A stretch of DNA of 64,000 bases. It comes from Desulfomonilia bacterium (GTDB taxonomy: Bacteria; Desulfobacterota; Desulfomonilia; UBA1062). Shown in pieces: positions 27,059 to 38,015 of this stretch. Positions within the stretch are counted from its first letter, which is position 1. Every line of letters starts with the position of its first letter. A model generated the notes under the pieces. The model did no database searches and was not told where the DNA came from. It was given only the letters and a program-made list of their open reading frames with translations. The translations under genes and the position numbers were made by a program. The stretch covers positions 64,953 through 128,952 of the forward strand of contig JBEKDT010000015.1 in assembly GCA_050014195.1 (NCBI GenBank), in the 5' to 3' direction.

Positions 27059-27711
27059 TCATTGCACCATCCATTTTATCCGCCGACTTCTCAAACCTGG
27101 GGCGGGATATCGGTGTCGTTGTGGATGCCGGCGCACAATGGATACACGTGGATGTGATGGACGGTGTTTTTGTCCCGAATATCACCATCGGACCGGTCGT
27201 GGTGAAGGGTATAAGGAAGGCTACAAAGGCATTCCTTGACTGCCACCTCATGATCATGGAGCCGGAGCGGTATATTGATGATTTCATCAACGCCGGCGCC
27301 GACGGAATCACCGTGCATGTGGAGGCCACCCGGCACCTCCAGCGGACATTGGCCATGATCAGGGAAAAAGGCTTGGAATCAGGGGTCTCATTAAACCCGT
27401 CCACTCCTTTGGACACCATCAAATATTGCCTGGACAACATCGATTTGGTACTTATCATGAGCGTAAACCCGGGATTCGGCGGACAGACCTTCATCGATGC
27501 GGTAATACCGAAGATCGCCGACACAAAAAAGATGATTTCCGGAAGGGCCATTCAATTGCAGGTGGACGGTGGCGTCAACAAGGATAATATAGCCAGGCTG
27601 GCACAGATGGGTGTAGATAATGTGGTGGCAGGGTCGAGTGTCTTTGGGACGGATGACCCTGGAAAAACCATAAAGGAGATGTTTGAAATTGTATCCTCAG
27701 TTCCCTATTAG
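27055..27711 (+). CDS. rpe: Ribulose-phosphate 3-epimerase
   Basis: IAPSILSADF, HVDVMDG, MSVNPGFGGQ, VDGG. Confidence 0.97.
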   Translation: MIIAPSILSADFSNLGRDIGVVVDAGAQWIHVDVMDGVFVPNITIGPVVVKGIRKATKAFLDCHLMIMEPERYIDDFINAGADGITVHVEATRHLQRTLAMIREKGLESGVSLNPSTPLDTIKYCLDNIDLVLIMSVNPGFGGQTFIDAVIPKIADTKKMISGRAIQLQVDGGVNKDNIARLAQMGVDNVVAGSSVFGTDDPGKTIKEMFEIVSSVPY

Positions 27712-29299
27712 ACTTGCCGTTTCCCTTGTGCTTCTTGGTTTGCTCATCGGGTGCGCCCACGCACCTGTTGTCAAGAAATCACCGTATGAAACCATACAGG
27801 ATAAGAATCTTATTATCATGCTCGCCCGGTATGAGGAGAACAAAGGCGACTGGTCCGCTGCAATGGACTTGTATTCACGCGTTAACGACCCTTTTGCATG
27901 GCTTGCCAGGGCGAGAATCTACTTCATCATTGAAGACAATGTAACAGCCCTTGATTTCCTCCAGAAGGTTATCGACGATGGGACATATATAGGGGATGCA
28001 CTCGAGTTGAGGACCAGGATCTATGCCAAGGACGGTAACTGGAAACTGGCTATCCAGGATACCGAGGTCCTCGTCAAAAAATATCCGGACAATATCCAGA
28101 TCAAGCTCTTTCTTGCAAATCTCAAGGTTATCACCGGTGACTTCAAACAGGCTCGGAACATCCTCAAGAGCCTGCTCGGGAAGAATGATGACAGCATAAT
28201 CTATTACACCATATCCAAGGCATGCATGGGTGAACGGGATTTCGCGTGCGCAAAGGATGCTTTAAAAAAGGCCATCGATTCTAGAAGCGATTTTGAACCT
28301 GCATATCTCGATCTTGCCAGGATAGAAGATCTCCTGGGCGAGTCAAACCAAGCAGAAGAAACATACAATAAGCTCCTGGATATCAACCCTTTCTCCAATG
28401 AGGCACATCTGGCCCTGGTTGACCATTATATCGATCAAAAGCGGTATAAGGACGCCATAACCCATCTGAAGTCGGTCATTGAGGTGAATCCGGATACTCT
28501 GATGTTGCGGAAACTCATCATCCTCGAACTTCAGGACGGCATGTTTCAGGATGCCCTGTCTCTCATCAATAACCTTAAGGAGATGACGGATGACGACAAG
28601 TACTACCTTGCCCTGGCCTATGCGGGTCTTGAACGGTATGACGATGCGCTGAAGACACTCAAGGATATACCCGTTACGGGAAGGTTGGGTTGCGATATCA
28701 CCATGCTTGAATCTTCCATCCTCAAGAGCATGGACAAGAGCGAGCAGGCAGTTAAGCTCTTGGAGACTTCATGGAAAGACTACGCCGATCTCGGTACCTG
28801 CAATGAGATAGGCTATCAGCTTGCAACAGAGCTGGATACCATCGGGAGAAGGGATGAGGGCTTACAAATCGCCTCAAAGCTGTTGGAGAAGGATCCCCAA
28901 GACCCCATTGCCCTGAACTTTATGGGATACGTGTGGGCGGATCGGGATATGAACCTGGACAAGGCATACTCCATGATCAAAGAGGCCCTTGATATGAAGC
29001 CCGATGATCCTTTCATCCTTGACTCCATGGCATGGGTGCTCTTCAAGATGGGCAAGCCTAAAGAAGCGCTCGTTTACCTAGAGAAGGTATTGAAGATCTT
29101 GAAAGACGATGCAACCGTAAATGAGCACATGGGTGATATCCTCATGAGCCTCGGGCAGACCGATAAGGCCCTGGACTATTACCTCAAGTCATCTATCCTG
29201 AACAGGTCGGTGAACGACTCCTTAAAGGAGAAGATCAACAAACTCATCAAGCAGGACAGAAAAGAAAGTGATGAGCTCAAGGAGAGGGTCCTTCCATGA
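27683..29299 (+). CDS. TPR-repeat lipoprotein
   Basis: LLIGC lipobox; TPR helices; ALNFMGYVWAD..ILDSMAWV. Confidence 0.85.
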   Translation: MKLYPQFPIRLAVSLVLLGLLIGCAHAPVVKKSPYETIQDKNLIIMLARYEENKGDWSAAMDLYSRVNDPFAWLARARIYFIIEDNVTALDFLQKVIDDGTYIGDALELRTRIYAKDGNWKLAIQDTEVLVKKYPDNIQIKLFLANLKVITGDFKQARNILKSLLGKNDDSIIYYTISKACMGERDFACAKDALKKAIDSRSDFEPAYLDLARIEDLLGESNQAEETYNKLLDINPFSNEAHLALVDHYIDQKRYKDAITHLKSVIEVNPDTLMLRKLIILELQDGMFQDALSLINNLKEMTDDDKYYLALAYAGLERYDDALKTLKDIPVTGRLGCDITMLESSILKSMDKSEQAVKLLETSWKDYADLGTCNEIGYQLATELDTIGRRDEGLQIASKLLEKDPQDPIALNFMGYVWADRDMNLDKAYSMIKEALDMKPDDPFILDSMAWVLFKMGKPKEALVYLEKVLKILKDDATVNEHMGDILMSLGQTDKALDYYLKSSILNRSVNDSLKEKINKLIKQDRKESDELKERVLP

Positions 29300-30321
29300 G
29301 CAACGAAGTAAAGGTCGGAATTTTTGTTGTCTTTATCTTTATCATCTTTGTAGTCCTTTCCGTAAAAATCGGGGAAATGAACCTGTCTAAGAAAGGGACA
29401 TATCCGATCACCATGGTCTTTCCCACGGTTGAAGGACTCAGTATCTCCTCCAACATCGAGCTTGCAGGGGTGAACGTCGGCAAGGTGACCGGGATCACGC
29501 TGAACAAAGATTACACTGCCGTCGTAACAGCGGCCCTTAACGAGGACATCAAGCTCCCCATAGACAGCACCGCATCAATCGGGACCAAGGGTGTGCTTGG
29601 CGACAGGATCATCGTATTATCACCGGGCGTCTCAAAGAATTATATTGATCCCGGGGGGAACCTGGCCAGGACAAAGGTTCCGCCTTCGATGGACACGCTC
29701 CTCATACAGGTCGGCGAGCTTGCAAGCAACCTCACACAATTGAGTGCATCGCTCACTACAGCCTTCGGAGACCAGGAGACAATGAGGGACATCGTCGTAA
29801 ACCTGCGTGATCTGAGTGCAAACACCTCATCTCTGGTAGCCGAGAACAAAGACAACATCTCTGACATCCTCACCAACATGAAGGAGATAACGAACAATTT
29901 CACCGTAGTTTCCCAGAACCTCACCAGCACAAGTAAAAACATCGATGAGATGGTCGGTACCATTAATTCCGGCCAGGGATCTCTGGGAAAGCTCGTCACG
30001 GATGAAACGCTTTATAATTCCATGGTGGATTTCATGGAATCCGCCCGACTGGTGATGGACCGGATAAACGGAGACGGCACCCTTGGCTTGCTCATGAGCG
30101 ACAGTACTCTTTATTACAATCTCGCTGATACGACAAAGAACCTCAAGGTCATCACCGACGAACTCGCTTCGGGTAAAGGAACCCTGGGACATCTCCTGAC
30201 CGATGAGGAACTCTATGCGAACCTCAAGGAGACAATCCAGAGCGCAAACCGTGCCGCCCAGGGTCTTGAAGAGCAGACGCCGATCTCGGTTATGGGGACA
30301 ATATTAGGCCTGGTATGGTAG
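29296..30321 (+). CDS. MlaD/MCE family protein
   Basis: EVKVGIFV TM, GL..AGVNVGKV, GVLGDR.I..PG, helical tail. Confidence 0.88.
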   Translation: MSNEVKVGIFVVFIFIIFVVLSVKIGEMNLSKKGTYPITMVFPTVEGLSISSNIELAGVNVGKVTGITLNKDYTAVVTAALNEDIKLPIDSTASIGTKGVLGDRIIVLSPGVSKNYIDPGGNLARTKVPPSMDTLLIQVGELASNLTQLSASLTTAFGDQETMRDIVVNLRDLSANTSSLVAENKDNISDILTNMKEITNNFTVVSQNLTSTSKNIDEMVGTINSGQGSLGKLVTDETLYNSMVDFMESARLVMDRINGDGTLGLLMSDSTLYYNLADTTKNLKVITDELASGKGTLGHLLTDEELYANLKETIQSANRAAQGLEEQTPISVMGTILGLVW

Positions 30322-30325
30322 TGTA

Positions 30326-31642
30326 ATGACCCCCAAGTGGTGTTTTTGCGCCATAAGCCTCTTCATATTCATAACGATCCTGCCCTCTTTGCATGCATCC
30401 GCCGCGCAGATCGATGCCGACCCTCTGATCTCTTATGAATCTCACGGTGATGAGTACACATTCCACGGATTTGGCCCGATCTTTGAGTTCTCTGACCATA
30501 TAAGCGCTATAAGACCTTTTTACTTTAAGGATAAAGATACCTCGGAAACGGACATCATCTATCCCCTCGGGCAATTCACACCCGGAAGCTCCCGATTCAC
30601 CCCCTTGTATACCTCTGTCGACCAGGAGGATCAAAAACACACGGACCTCTTTCCTGTCTTCTACGGGAGTTACAAAGATAGATCCTATTGGGGAATATTT
30701 CCCCTCTATGGTACCATGGAGCACCGGTTCGGGTACACGAAGGCCCGCTTCATCCTCCTGCCTCTCTATGCTGAAACCGAAATGGATGACACGGCGACCT
30801 ACTCGTTTCTCTGGCCTGTTTTCTCTTACAGCAAGGGGAGGCTCTACAGGGTCTTTCCCCTCTATGAATGGAAGAGGTCGACCGATACAACCTATCAGTA
30901 TTTCCTCTGGCCTTTTGTCCATCATAAGATAGGCCCCGACGACAGGAGGATGGATGCATTCCTGCCGCTCTTCAGATATGACCGGGGACCTCATTATCAG
31001 AATATATCGATTCTCTGGCCATTCTTTAACTACAACCGGGACGACACCTCACATCATGTGAGCGCCGATTTTCCCTGGCCCCTTATCAGGACGGCATCAG
31101 GCGCATATGAAGAAACAAAGGTGTTCCCTTTGTATTGGACCAAGACCGAAGGCAATGCATATTCCGGGAAGACCATACTATGGCCTTTATGGTCCAGCGC
31201 ATCATGGCACTATGAAGACACCGGCATGGACCAGAAGAACATCACTATCCTCCTCACCAACCGCTTGACCACAAAGACGACGCAGGATGGACAGATATTG
31301 AGGAGATTGTATCTCTGGCCTTTTTATTATTCTTCCCAGGATGGGGCCAGGAGCGAATGGCATTTCCCTGCCATCTTTCCGCTCTTCTTTGATGAAGGCT
31401 TTTCCCGAACCTGGGGGCCGGTTCTCAGCATCGCCGAAGGCACCACCAATGAAGATTCTTCTGAGACAAGCATTCTCTGGAGGATAATTACCTGGAGTAA
31501 AACAGGGCAGACATCGAAATGGTCCTTCTCATTCCTTGCTTCATCAACAAAAACTCCGGAGTATCGCCAGTGGGGATTCCTTGGGAACCTTTTGAGCATC
31601 AAGCAGAATATCTCATCAGATAAAGGCAATGAAAGGGATTAG
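30326..31642 (+). CDS. Exported aromatic-rich protein with recurring (L/F)WP/FP motifs
   Basis: Signal peptide; repeated FLWP, IFPLY, ILWP units. Confidence 0.7.
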   Translation: MTPKWCFCAISLFIFITILPSLHASAAQIDADPLISYESHGDEYTFHGFGPIFEFSDHISAIRPFYFKDKDTSETDIIYPLGQFTPGSSRFTPLYTSVDQEDQKHTDLFPVFYGSYKDRSYWGIFPLYGTMEHRFGYTKARFILLPLYAETEMDDTATYSFLWPVFSYSKGRLYRVFPLYEWKRSTDTTYQYFLWPFVHHKIGPDDRRMDAFLPLFRYDRGPHYQNISILWPFFNYNRDDTSHHVSADFPWPLIRTASGAYEETKVFPLYWTKTEGNAYSGKTILWPLWSSASWHYEDTGMDQKNITILLTNRLTTKTTQDGQILRRLYLWPFYYSSQDGARSEWHFPAIFPLFFDEGFSRTWGPVLSIAEGTTNEDSSETSILWRIITWSKTGQTSKWSFSFLASSTKTPEYRQWGFLGNLLSIKQNISSDKGNERD

Positions 31643-31696
31643 CTGGTTCTTCTCTGTGAAGCATACTTTTTTGGTTTACATCCTTTTCCCAGCCCA

Positions 31697-31861
31697 TTGT
31701 TCTCACCACGAAGGACACGAAGAGCACGAAAAAGATCTAAAAAACCAATACAAACACTCTTGGATCCATTGAACCGGCCAGCGATTTCAAAAGACTTTCT
31801 TTCTTCGTGTCCTTCGTGCTCTTCGTGGTGAAATATCCCTCTGTGTGCTCTTCAACGATCC
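31697..31861. repeat. Palindromic MITE-like repeat, copy B
   Basis: caccacgaaggacacgaagagcacgaa...ttcgtgtccttcgtgctcttcgtggtg; flanks shared with copy A. Confidence 0.75.
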
Positions 31862-32045
31862 AAGTATGCTTTACGGTGATGAACCTTTAAGTTATTGCAA
31901 TATGGTCTCAACACCATAGTATGGTCAAAGAACCCCTGGCTGTAAGGGAATACCTTGCCTCCCCGATACCTCCCCTTTATTATTAAGAGTGAAATATCAA
32001 ACTATTATTTATACGTTGCTATTAATTATCCATCATGAAGCTCAC

Positions 32046-32060
32046 TGGCATACTTTTCGC
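32046..32060 (+). promoter_or_regulatory. Candidate sigma54 promoter for the CoA-transferase genes
   Basis: TGGCATACTTTTCGC: GG-N10-GC, about 40 nt before the ATG. Confidence 0.5.
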
Positions 32061-32101
32061 TAAATATAAAGATTGCAGGGAAACCAAGGGGGTAACACCA
32101 C

Positions 32102-33190
32102 ATGAGTTCATTTCAGTATAATCAAGAGGCTCTAAAAAATCTCAAGATCGATGATACAAGCATCCTGGACCGGCTTGTTGACTACGAATCGGCTCGAGAA
32201 GTCCATCGCAAAAAGGACCATGCAAAGGTCGACAAGAGAATGTCAATCAAGGACGCCATCGCGACCTTTGTGGCAGACGGCGATATCATGACCGATTCAG
32301 GGTTTGCCTATGTCAGGACACCCCACCAGGCCTATTGGGAGATCATGCGCCAGGGGAAGAAGAACTTGCAGTGCATCGGTGCGCCCAACACGAACCACAG
32401 CTTCCTGATCTTCAACAACAACTGCAATTACTCGCACAACTCCTACGTGGGTGTTGAGATGCGGGGCATCGACCGGAATTACGACCGCATGCTCAGGGCA
32501 GGCAGGGTGAAGATCCTCTCGGAGTGGAGCCATGGAGGCGTGGCCCTTGGGCTCAAGGCGGCCCAACTCGGTACTCCCGGTGTGTTCAGCAAACAGATGC
32601 TCGGATCGGACATCGTCAAATATAATCCGTACATCCAGGTTGTGCAGAACCCTCTGAAAAAAGATCCTGACCCGGTGGTCTTCATCCCGGCTCTCTACCC
32701 CGATGTCTCCATCATCCACTGCCAGGTGGCGGACAAATTCGGCAATGCATACATCTATGGCCCCACGGTCAATGATGTGGCAATCGCCTCTGCGGCACGC
32801 AAGCTCATCATCACGGCCGAAGAGATCGTGCCCGAGTCCGACATCCGCAGCAGGAAAGGGACCGTCATCCCGTTCTTCTATGCGGATGCCGTGGTGGAGT
32901 TGCCCTTTGGAGCCGTCCCCGGGAATATGCCCGGCTACTACTACTGGTCCCGCCAGTGGTGGGAGAAACTTATCAGATTCGGTTGTGCCAGCGACGAGAA
33001 CCTCAAGGTATTCTTCGACGAATGGGTCCACGGTGTTAAGGACCAGTTCGAGTTCGTGGACAAGCTGGGCGGGGCCAAGTGGATCGCCGAGGCCAGGATT
33101 CAGACCAAGGCGGCCGAAGGCGACCACGAGGACATAGACTTCTCATACGAAGAATACACCCGGACACACGACTCCGGGCTTTATTACTAA
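32102..33190 (+). CDS. Family I CoA-transferase alpha subunit (glutaconate CoA-transferase-like)
   Basis: KRMSIKDAIATFVADGD, LGSDI, IPALYPDVSIIH..AD..GN, ITAEEIV. Confidence 0.85.
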   Translation: MSSFQYNQEALKNLKIDDTSILDRLVDYESAREVHRKKDHAKVDKRMSIKDAIATFVADGDIMTDSGFAYVRTPHQAYWEIMRQGKKNLQCIGAPNTNHSFLIFNNNCNYSHNSYVGVEMRGIDRNYDRMLRAGRVKILSEWSHGGVALGLKAAQLGTPGVFSKQMLGSDIVKYNPYIQVVQNPLKKDPDPVVFIPALYPDVSIIHCQVADKFGNAYIYGPTVNDVAIASAARKLIITAEEIVPESDIRSRKGTVIPFFYADAVVELPFGAVPGNMPGYYYWSRQWWEKLIRFGCASDENLKVFFDEWVHGVKDQFEFVDKLGGAKWIAEARIQTKAAEGDHEDIDFSYEEYTRTHDSGLYY

Positions 33191-33205
33191 AGACCGGAGG
33201 CTACC

Positions 33206-33997
33206 ATGAAAGACTTGAACGCACCTGCCAATCCGCTGGAGATGCTTGCATACATCATTGCAAAGCAGATCCACGACCATAAGATCGTCTATATCGGCAC
33301 CGGAATCCCCATGGTGGCGGCAATCCTGGCAAAGAGGACCCATGCCCCGAACATCACCATGGTCTATGAGTCGGGCGGCCAGGACCCCATAGAAGGCGAC
33401 ATGCCCTGGTCCGTGGGCTGCCCGTTCACCTGGCGCAAGGCCCCGGCCGTCATGGAGATGTCCTATTCCTTTGCCCAATGCTACAACGGATACGTAGACA
33501 TTGCCTTTCTGGGCTTTGCCCAGGTGGATATGTACGGCAATGTGAACACCCATCAGATCGGGACCGACCTCCTCCACCCAAAGGTCCGCATGACCGGCTC
33601 CGGCGGCAACAACGACCTCGCATCGCTCTCCGACAACCTGATCCTTGTTGGTGTCCAGACTCCGGACAAGTTCGTCGGAAAAGTCGATTTCATGACCTCG
33701 GTCGGTTATCTTCGCGGGGGGAATACGCGTAAGGAAGCCGGCCTGATCGGCAACGGTCCTTCAACGGTAATCTCCCAATGCGGTGAGTTTGATTTCGAGC
33801 CGGTGACAAAACGCATGCGCGTCAAGTCGCTGCTCCCCGGGTGGACCTTTGACTTCACCCAGCAGTTCACGGGCTTCGAGCTGCTAAAGCCCGAGGGCGA
33901 GATCCCGCAGACTCCGGTGATCCCGGACGACATCCTGAAGCTCCTCAGGACCGAGGTGGATCCCAGGGGCGTGTTCACCACCATGCCCACTGCCTGA
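33206..33997 (+). CDS. Family I CoA-transferase beta subunit
   Basis: YIGTGIP, THAP..VYESG (catalytic Glu), AQVDMYGNVN, GSGGNND. Confidence 0.87.
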   Translation: MKDLNAPANPLEMLAYIIAKQIHDHKIVYIGTGIPMVAAILAKRTHAPNITMVYESGGQDPIEGDMPWSVGCPFTWRKAPAVMEMSYSFAQCYNGYVDIAFLGFAQVDMYGNVNTHQIGTDLLHPKVRMTGSGGNNDLASLSDNLILVGVQTPDKFVGKVDFMTSVGYLRGGNTRKEAGLIGNGPSTVISQCGEFDFEPVTKRMRVKSLLPGWTFDFTQQFTGFELLKPEGEIPQTPVIPDDILKLLRTEVDPRGVFTTMPTA

Positions 33998-34014
33998 TCA
34001 TGCATAAACAAAAC

Positions 34015-34111
34015 GGGATGCCCTTATACCGGGGCATCCCTCTTGATAAAGCTCTTAGCCACCTTTCTTTACCGATACCGGGTATCTTTCAGACATCAGA
34101 TACCCGGTATC
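34015..34111. terminator. Two hairpins between convergent genes
   Basis: GGGATGCCC/GGGCATCCC (34015-34040) and perfect 14-bp IR GATACCGGGTATCT (34074-34087/34098-34111). Confidence 0.65.
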
Positions 34112-34126
34112 TTTCCAGTATGAATT

Positions 34127-34624
34127 CTATTCGAACGTAACGAACCGGTCCTTCTTGGCCCCGCAGACTGGACATTCCTCCGGCAGAACGCCATCGGAGA
34201 CATACCCGCAGACATCGCACACATAATAGGTGGTCTGCCTCTCCTCCAGCACGTGGTCCATGGCCTCTTTATAGAGCTTGGCATGGATCTCTTCCACGTC
34301 CTTGGACTGGCTGAAGTAGACCGATGCAGGGATGTCCCCCACCTCTTCGGCATCTTTAATGAATCTGTCGTATGCCACGCCTGCAACCCTTGTTTCCGAC
34401 TCGAAGCTCTCGGCAAGGTTTTCCTCGGTGCTCTTGATCTCCTTCAGGATCCTCAAAGCCCTCTTGCCATGGAGCTCTTCAGAAAAAGAGATCACGCGGA
34501 ACAGCTTGGCGAGCTGGGGGTAACCCTCCTGATCCGCCTTTTCCGCAAAGACCTTAAGCCTGAGGCTGGCCTTTGATTCACCAGCGTAGGCCTGATGTAT
34601 GGCATCTTTTATCTTGTCATCCAT
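34127..34624 (-). CDS. rbr: Rubrerythrin
   Basis: AYAGES, EELH, EEIH diiron motifs; C-terminal CDVCGY..CPVCG. Confidence 0.92.
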   Translation of the reverse strand: MDDKIKDAIHQAYAGESKASLRLKVFAEKADQEGYPQLAKLFRVISFSEELHGKRALRILKEIKSTEENLAESFESETRVAGVAYDRFIKDAEEVGDIPASVYFSQSKDVEEIHAKLYKEAMDHVLEERQTTYYVCDVCGYVSDGVLPEECPVCGAKKDRFVTFE

Positions 34625-35513
34625 TGCATGCTCCTCCCATGGAATTCATTGTTCGCCGGTCCATATACGTATATTTCATAATCTCAGCCAGATTGATATC
34701 ATTTCTGATACCGGTCCTGGTAAGGGCGAAATCATACCTCACCGGGTCTTCAGGGACAATAGCGCGGAACCGTCCCGTCACCTCAAGGGCTGTCTTGAGA
34801 TCGGCCTGAGCGCGAGATGTCAAACCAAGTTTCATGCAGATCCTGTGCATGTGCACATCCAGGGGAACGATGAGTTTTGAGGCCGATATCCCATCCCACC
34901 CGCCAGGGTCGACGGCATCATTGCGCACCATCCACCTGAGGAAAAGATGGAATCTCTTGCAGGCACTCCCTTTTTCCGGACAGGGGAGAAGGCTGTTTTC
35001 TTTTGTACTCAGGCAGGCCTTGATCCGGTGCACAAACGACTCCAGACAGGTGACGACATCAGGGTCATCAGGGTCATACCGCATCATAAAGCATTGATAA
35101 AGGGATCCATGCGTTTGAATGACATCCCGGATGGCCATGAGAAAATCCACGAGTTCTTCACCGGTCGTGAATCGATGTTTGAAACCGGGGAATAGAGCTT
35201 TCAGGGTCTCCCGTGAAACGTCTTCAAGAAATTGCCTCGGAGAGGGCCCCATCTTCTCAAGGATGCATGAGATGCTTTTCAGAATCTGGGCAACCCTGCC
35301 GTATGCGAGTGAAGAAGCGATGATGCCGACTATCTCCCGGTCTGCGATATCGGGGTAGCCCTCGAGGAACTCCAGCGGATCGGGATGAATGAACTCGGGT
35401 CTGTTATAGGTGGTATAGAGTTCTTCGAGAAACCTGGCTGTGTGAACTACTAAGCGTCTCATATCTTCATTCCGGCTGCATGATGTTTTCATCCGGGATG
35501 GATATCGGTCCAT
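34617..35513 (-). CDS. TIGR02757/DUF2400 family protein
   Basis: DPLEF, LAYGRV, SACKR..LFLRWMVR..VDPG.W, PLDVH, DPVRYDFAL. Confidence 0.88.
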   Translation of the reverse strand: MDRYPSRMKTSCSRNEDMRRLVVHTARFLEELYTTYNRPEFIHPDPLEFLEGYPDIADREIVGIIASSLAYGRVAQILKSISCILEKMGPSPRQFLEDVSRETLKALFPGFKHRFTTGEELVDFLMAIRDVIQTHGSLYQCFMMRYDPDDPDVVTCLESFVHRIKACLSTKENSLLPCPEKGSACKRFHLFLRWMVRNDAVDPGGWDGISASKLIVPLDVHMHRICMKLGLTSRAQADLKTALEVTGRFRAIVPEDPVRYDFALTRTGIRNDINLAEIMKYTYMDRRTMNSMGGACNG

Positions 35514-35671
35514 TACTCAGGCGAGAACTCACTCTTCGGTGCACCGCATACCGGACAGGTCCAGTCATCCGGCAGCTTGTCAAAAGGCGTCCCGGGAGGG
35601 ATGTTACCATCAGAATCACCTTTCTCCGGATCATATACATAACCACAAACACTACAAACGTATTTCTGCAT
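35513..35671 (-). CDS. Rubredoxin (52 aa, not in the ORF track)
   Basis: Manual translation [42 protein letters not shown]; GGAGG RBS. Confidence 0.95.
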   Translation of the reverse strand: MQKYVCSVCGYVYDPEKGDSDGNIPPGTPFDKLPDDWTCPVCGAPKSEFSPE

Positions 35672-35697
35672 CATAACCTCCACGGATTTTTCTTCAG

Positions 35698-36930
35698 CTA
35701 CGAAACGCCCTTTTTAAGCCTCTCGGCTACGTTCTTTCCGAGCTCAAAGCATTTCTGCAATGTATCTTTATCCGGCACATATTTGGCCTTGATCGGCTCG
35801 CTGACCGGATCAACCTTCATCTCTGTCAGTATGTCATGAATCTGTTTCGGCGACTCACCGCTCCATCCATAGGAGCCGAATGACGCACCAATAAGGTTTA
35901 ACGGCCTTAAGCCCTTCAGATAAGTAAGCACATCGGCCATGGCGGGCAGCATATTGTTATTGAGCGTGGAAGAGCCTGCAATGAGGGCGCCGGCATCGAG
36001 GACCTCATAGGCCACGTCACTGCGGTGGAATGACCCCATGGACATCACCTTTACCCGTGAGCCTCCCGCAACCAGCCCCTCCTCTATCGCCCTGGCCATG
36101 TGCTCCGTGCTGTGCCACATGGTGTGATAGACGACAACGGCCTTATCGGTGGGTTTCTGCTCCGCCCAGGTCTTGTACAGGCCGAGTATCCAGGCAAGGT
36201 CCTTCCTCCAGACCGGACCATGATCGGGTGCCACGATCCGGATGTCAAGGCCTGAGGCGGCAACCTTGTCAAGCAGCTTTAAAACGAGCGGTGAATAGGG
36301 GAGCAGGATATTGCCGTAATACGTAGCGGCTTCATATTCGATAGTATCCTTTTTGATCTCATCTGCAAAGCGCTCACCCGTTGCCAGATGCATGCCGAAG
36401 GCGTCCTGGGAGAAGAGAACTTTTTCTTCATGCAGATAGCTGAACATGCTGTCGGGCCAGTGGAGCATGCGGGTCTCCATAAAGGTAATATTCATATTAC
36501 CGAGGCTGATCTTCTGGCCGTCTTTGACCGGGATGATATCATCATCGAGTACAAAGTGCTCATGAAGGGTCTTGACACCCATCTGCGAGGCAAAGACCTT
36601 CTCGGGATTCACCTCTTTTATTATCTCATCGAGGCAGCCGGAATGGTCCATCTCGGAATGGTCGGAGATTATGTAGTCGATCTCTTTCGGGTCAATGAGC
36701 CCGGCAATGCGGGCAAGCATCTCATCCTTGAACGGGGCCTTCACCGTATCGATGAGTGTTATTTTATCGGCAAGTACCAGAAATGCATTGTAGGTGCTGC
36801 CCCGCTTGGTCGTGTATCCATGGAAATCGCGAATCGTCCAATCGACGGCACCAACCCAGTAAACATGTTCACTGATTTTGATGGGCTTGAAAATACCGGA
36901 CACTTTTGCACTCCTTTTGCTCGTATTCAT
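35698..36930 (-). CDS. fprA: Flavodiiron protein (FprA/Roo)
   Basis: [31 protein letters not shown], flavodoxin domain with GSYGWSGE. Confidence 0.93.
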   Translation of the reverse strand: MNTSKRSAKVSGIFKPIKISEHVYWVGAVDWTIRDFHGYTTKRGSTYNAFLVLADKITLIDTVKAPFKDEMLARIAGLIDPKEIDYIISDHSEMDHSGCLDEIIKEVNPEKVFASQMGVKTLHEHFVLDDDIIPVKDGQKISLGNMNITFMETRMLHWPDSMFSYLHEEKVLFSQDAFGMHLATGERFADEIKKDTIEYEAATYYGNILLPYSPLVLKLLDKVAASGLDIRIVAPDHGPVWRKDLAWILGLYKTWAEQKPTDKAVVVYHTMWHSTEHMARAIEEGLVAGGSRVKVMSMGSFHRSDVAYEVLDAGALIAGSSTLNNNMLPAMADVLTYLKGLRPLNLIGASFGSYGWSGESPKQIHDILTEMKVDPVSEPIKAKYVPDKDTLQKCFELGKNVAERLKKGVS

Positions 36931-37098
36931 ATATAATGCTTACATCAGCTCAGACCATCATGCACTGCATGCCTTAAAGGAAAATGTATCCTACTTGCTG
37001 ATACAGCATGCGGCAAGCTTTTTTTGTTAAACCGATTTTCCCGTATGATCCCAGGCCGTACTGTTATGAAAAAAAGTTGCTTCCCTTGGATTATAGCA

Positions 37099-37614
37099 TC
37101 ACGCCTGGGTCTGGACCGGAGGAATGAAGACCCTCTGAGCAAGCTCGCGGTCGAGCATCAGGATACCATAGCCGTTATCCCCGATGAGCTTGAGCTGTTG
37201 AACGAGGGTATCTGCGTTCGCCTCTTCCTCCACCTGTTCATTGACGAACCACTGGAGCATGGTGTTCGTTGCATGTTCCTTCTCCCTGATGGCCAGATCA
37301 ACCAGTGAATGGATAAGCGAAGTCACCTTCTGCTCGTGCTTATAGACTTCCTCGAACACGGCTAAAGGCGAGGCCCACTTTATGGGGGGCTTGTCAATGG
37401 CATCAAGGATAACCCTGCCGCCGCGGTCCACTACGAACTTGTAGAACTTGTCGGCATGGGTCATCTCCTCGAGGGCCTGGACGCGCATCCAGTTGGCGAA
37501 ACCCCGGAGATTTACGGATTGGAAGTAGGAATTCATGGACAGATAAAGATATGCGGAATAGAGCTCCGCATTGATCTGTTTGTTCAGTGCCGCCTCCATC
37601 TTTTTATTGATCAT
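37099..37614 (-). CDS. ftnA: Ferritin
   Basis: QINAELYSAYLY, EEMTHA, HEQKVT, QWFVNEQVEEE. Confidence 0.95.
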   Translation of the reverse strand: MINKKMEAALNKQINAELYSAYLYLSMNSYFQSVNLRGFANWMRVQALEEMTHADKFYKFVVDRGGRVILDAIDKPPIKWASPLAVFEEVYKHEQKVTSLIHSLVDLAIREKEHATNTMLQWFVNEQVEEEANADTLVQQLKLIGDNGYGILMLDRELAQRVFIPPVQTQA

Positions 37615-37626
37615 ACACCTCTCCTC

Positions 37627-38001
37627 CTAGGCCTTCCAAAGACCATGCAGGTTGCAATACTCCCTGGCAGTAATCTGCTTGGCATTTAAGCAGAATTCCG
37701 CCTCCGGGGCATCGCCTGGTTTCAGGAACTTCCTATAGGCCACACCATCGGCAATGAGCTCAATCCATTCGATGTAATGCTTCTCCTCCATGGGATGGGT
37801 GACGCTGCCCACCTTCACTTTGAAGCCGCCTACCGTCTTCTCGATAACCGGGACATGCTTTTCCTTTGCAGCATCCACCGTATTTTCCTTATACAGCTTC
37901 ATGGGCTGGCCGCAGCAGACAAGCTCTCCCTTGCCGTCATGGAGCACTTCGACAATATTACCGCACACCTCACATTTGTATACCTCAAGCCTGTTCGTCA
38001 C
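37627..38001 (-). CDS. dfx: Desulfoferrodoxin (superoxide reductase)
   Basis: [29 protein letters not shown]. Confidence 0.96.
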   Translation of the reverse strand: MTNRLEVYKCEVCGNIVEVLHDGKGELVCCGQPMKLYKENTVDAAKEKHVPVIEKTVGGFKVKVGSVTHPMEEKHYIEWIELIADGVAYRKFLKPGDAPEAEFCLNAKQITAREYCNLHGLWKA

Positions 38002-38015
38002 GATTCATTCCTCCT

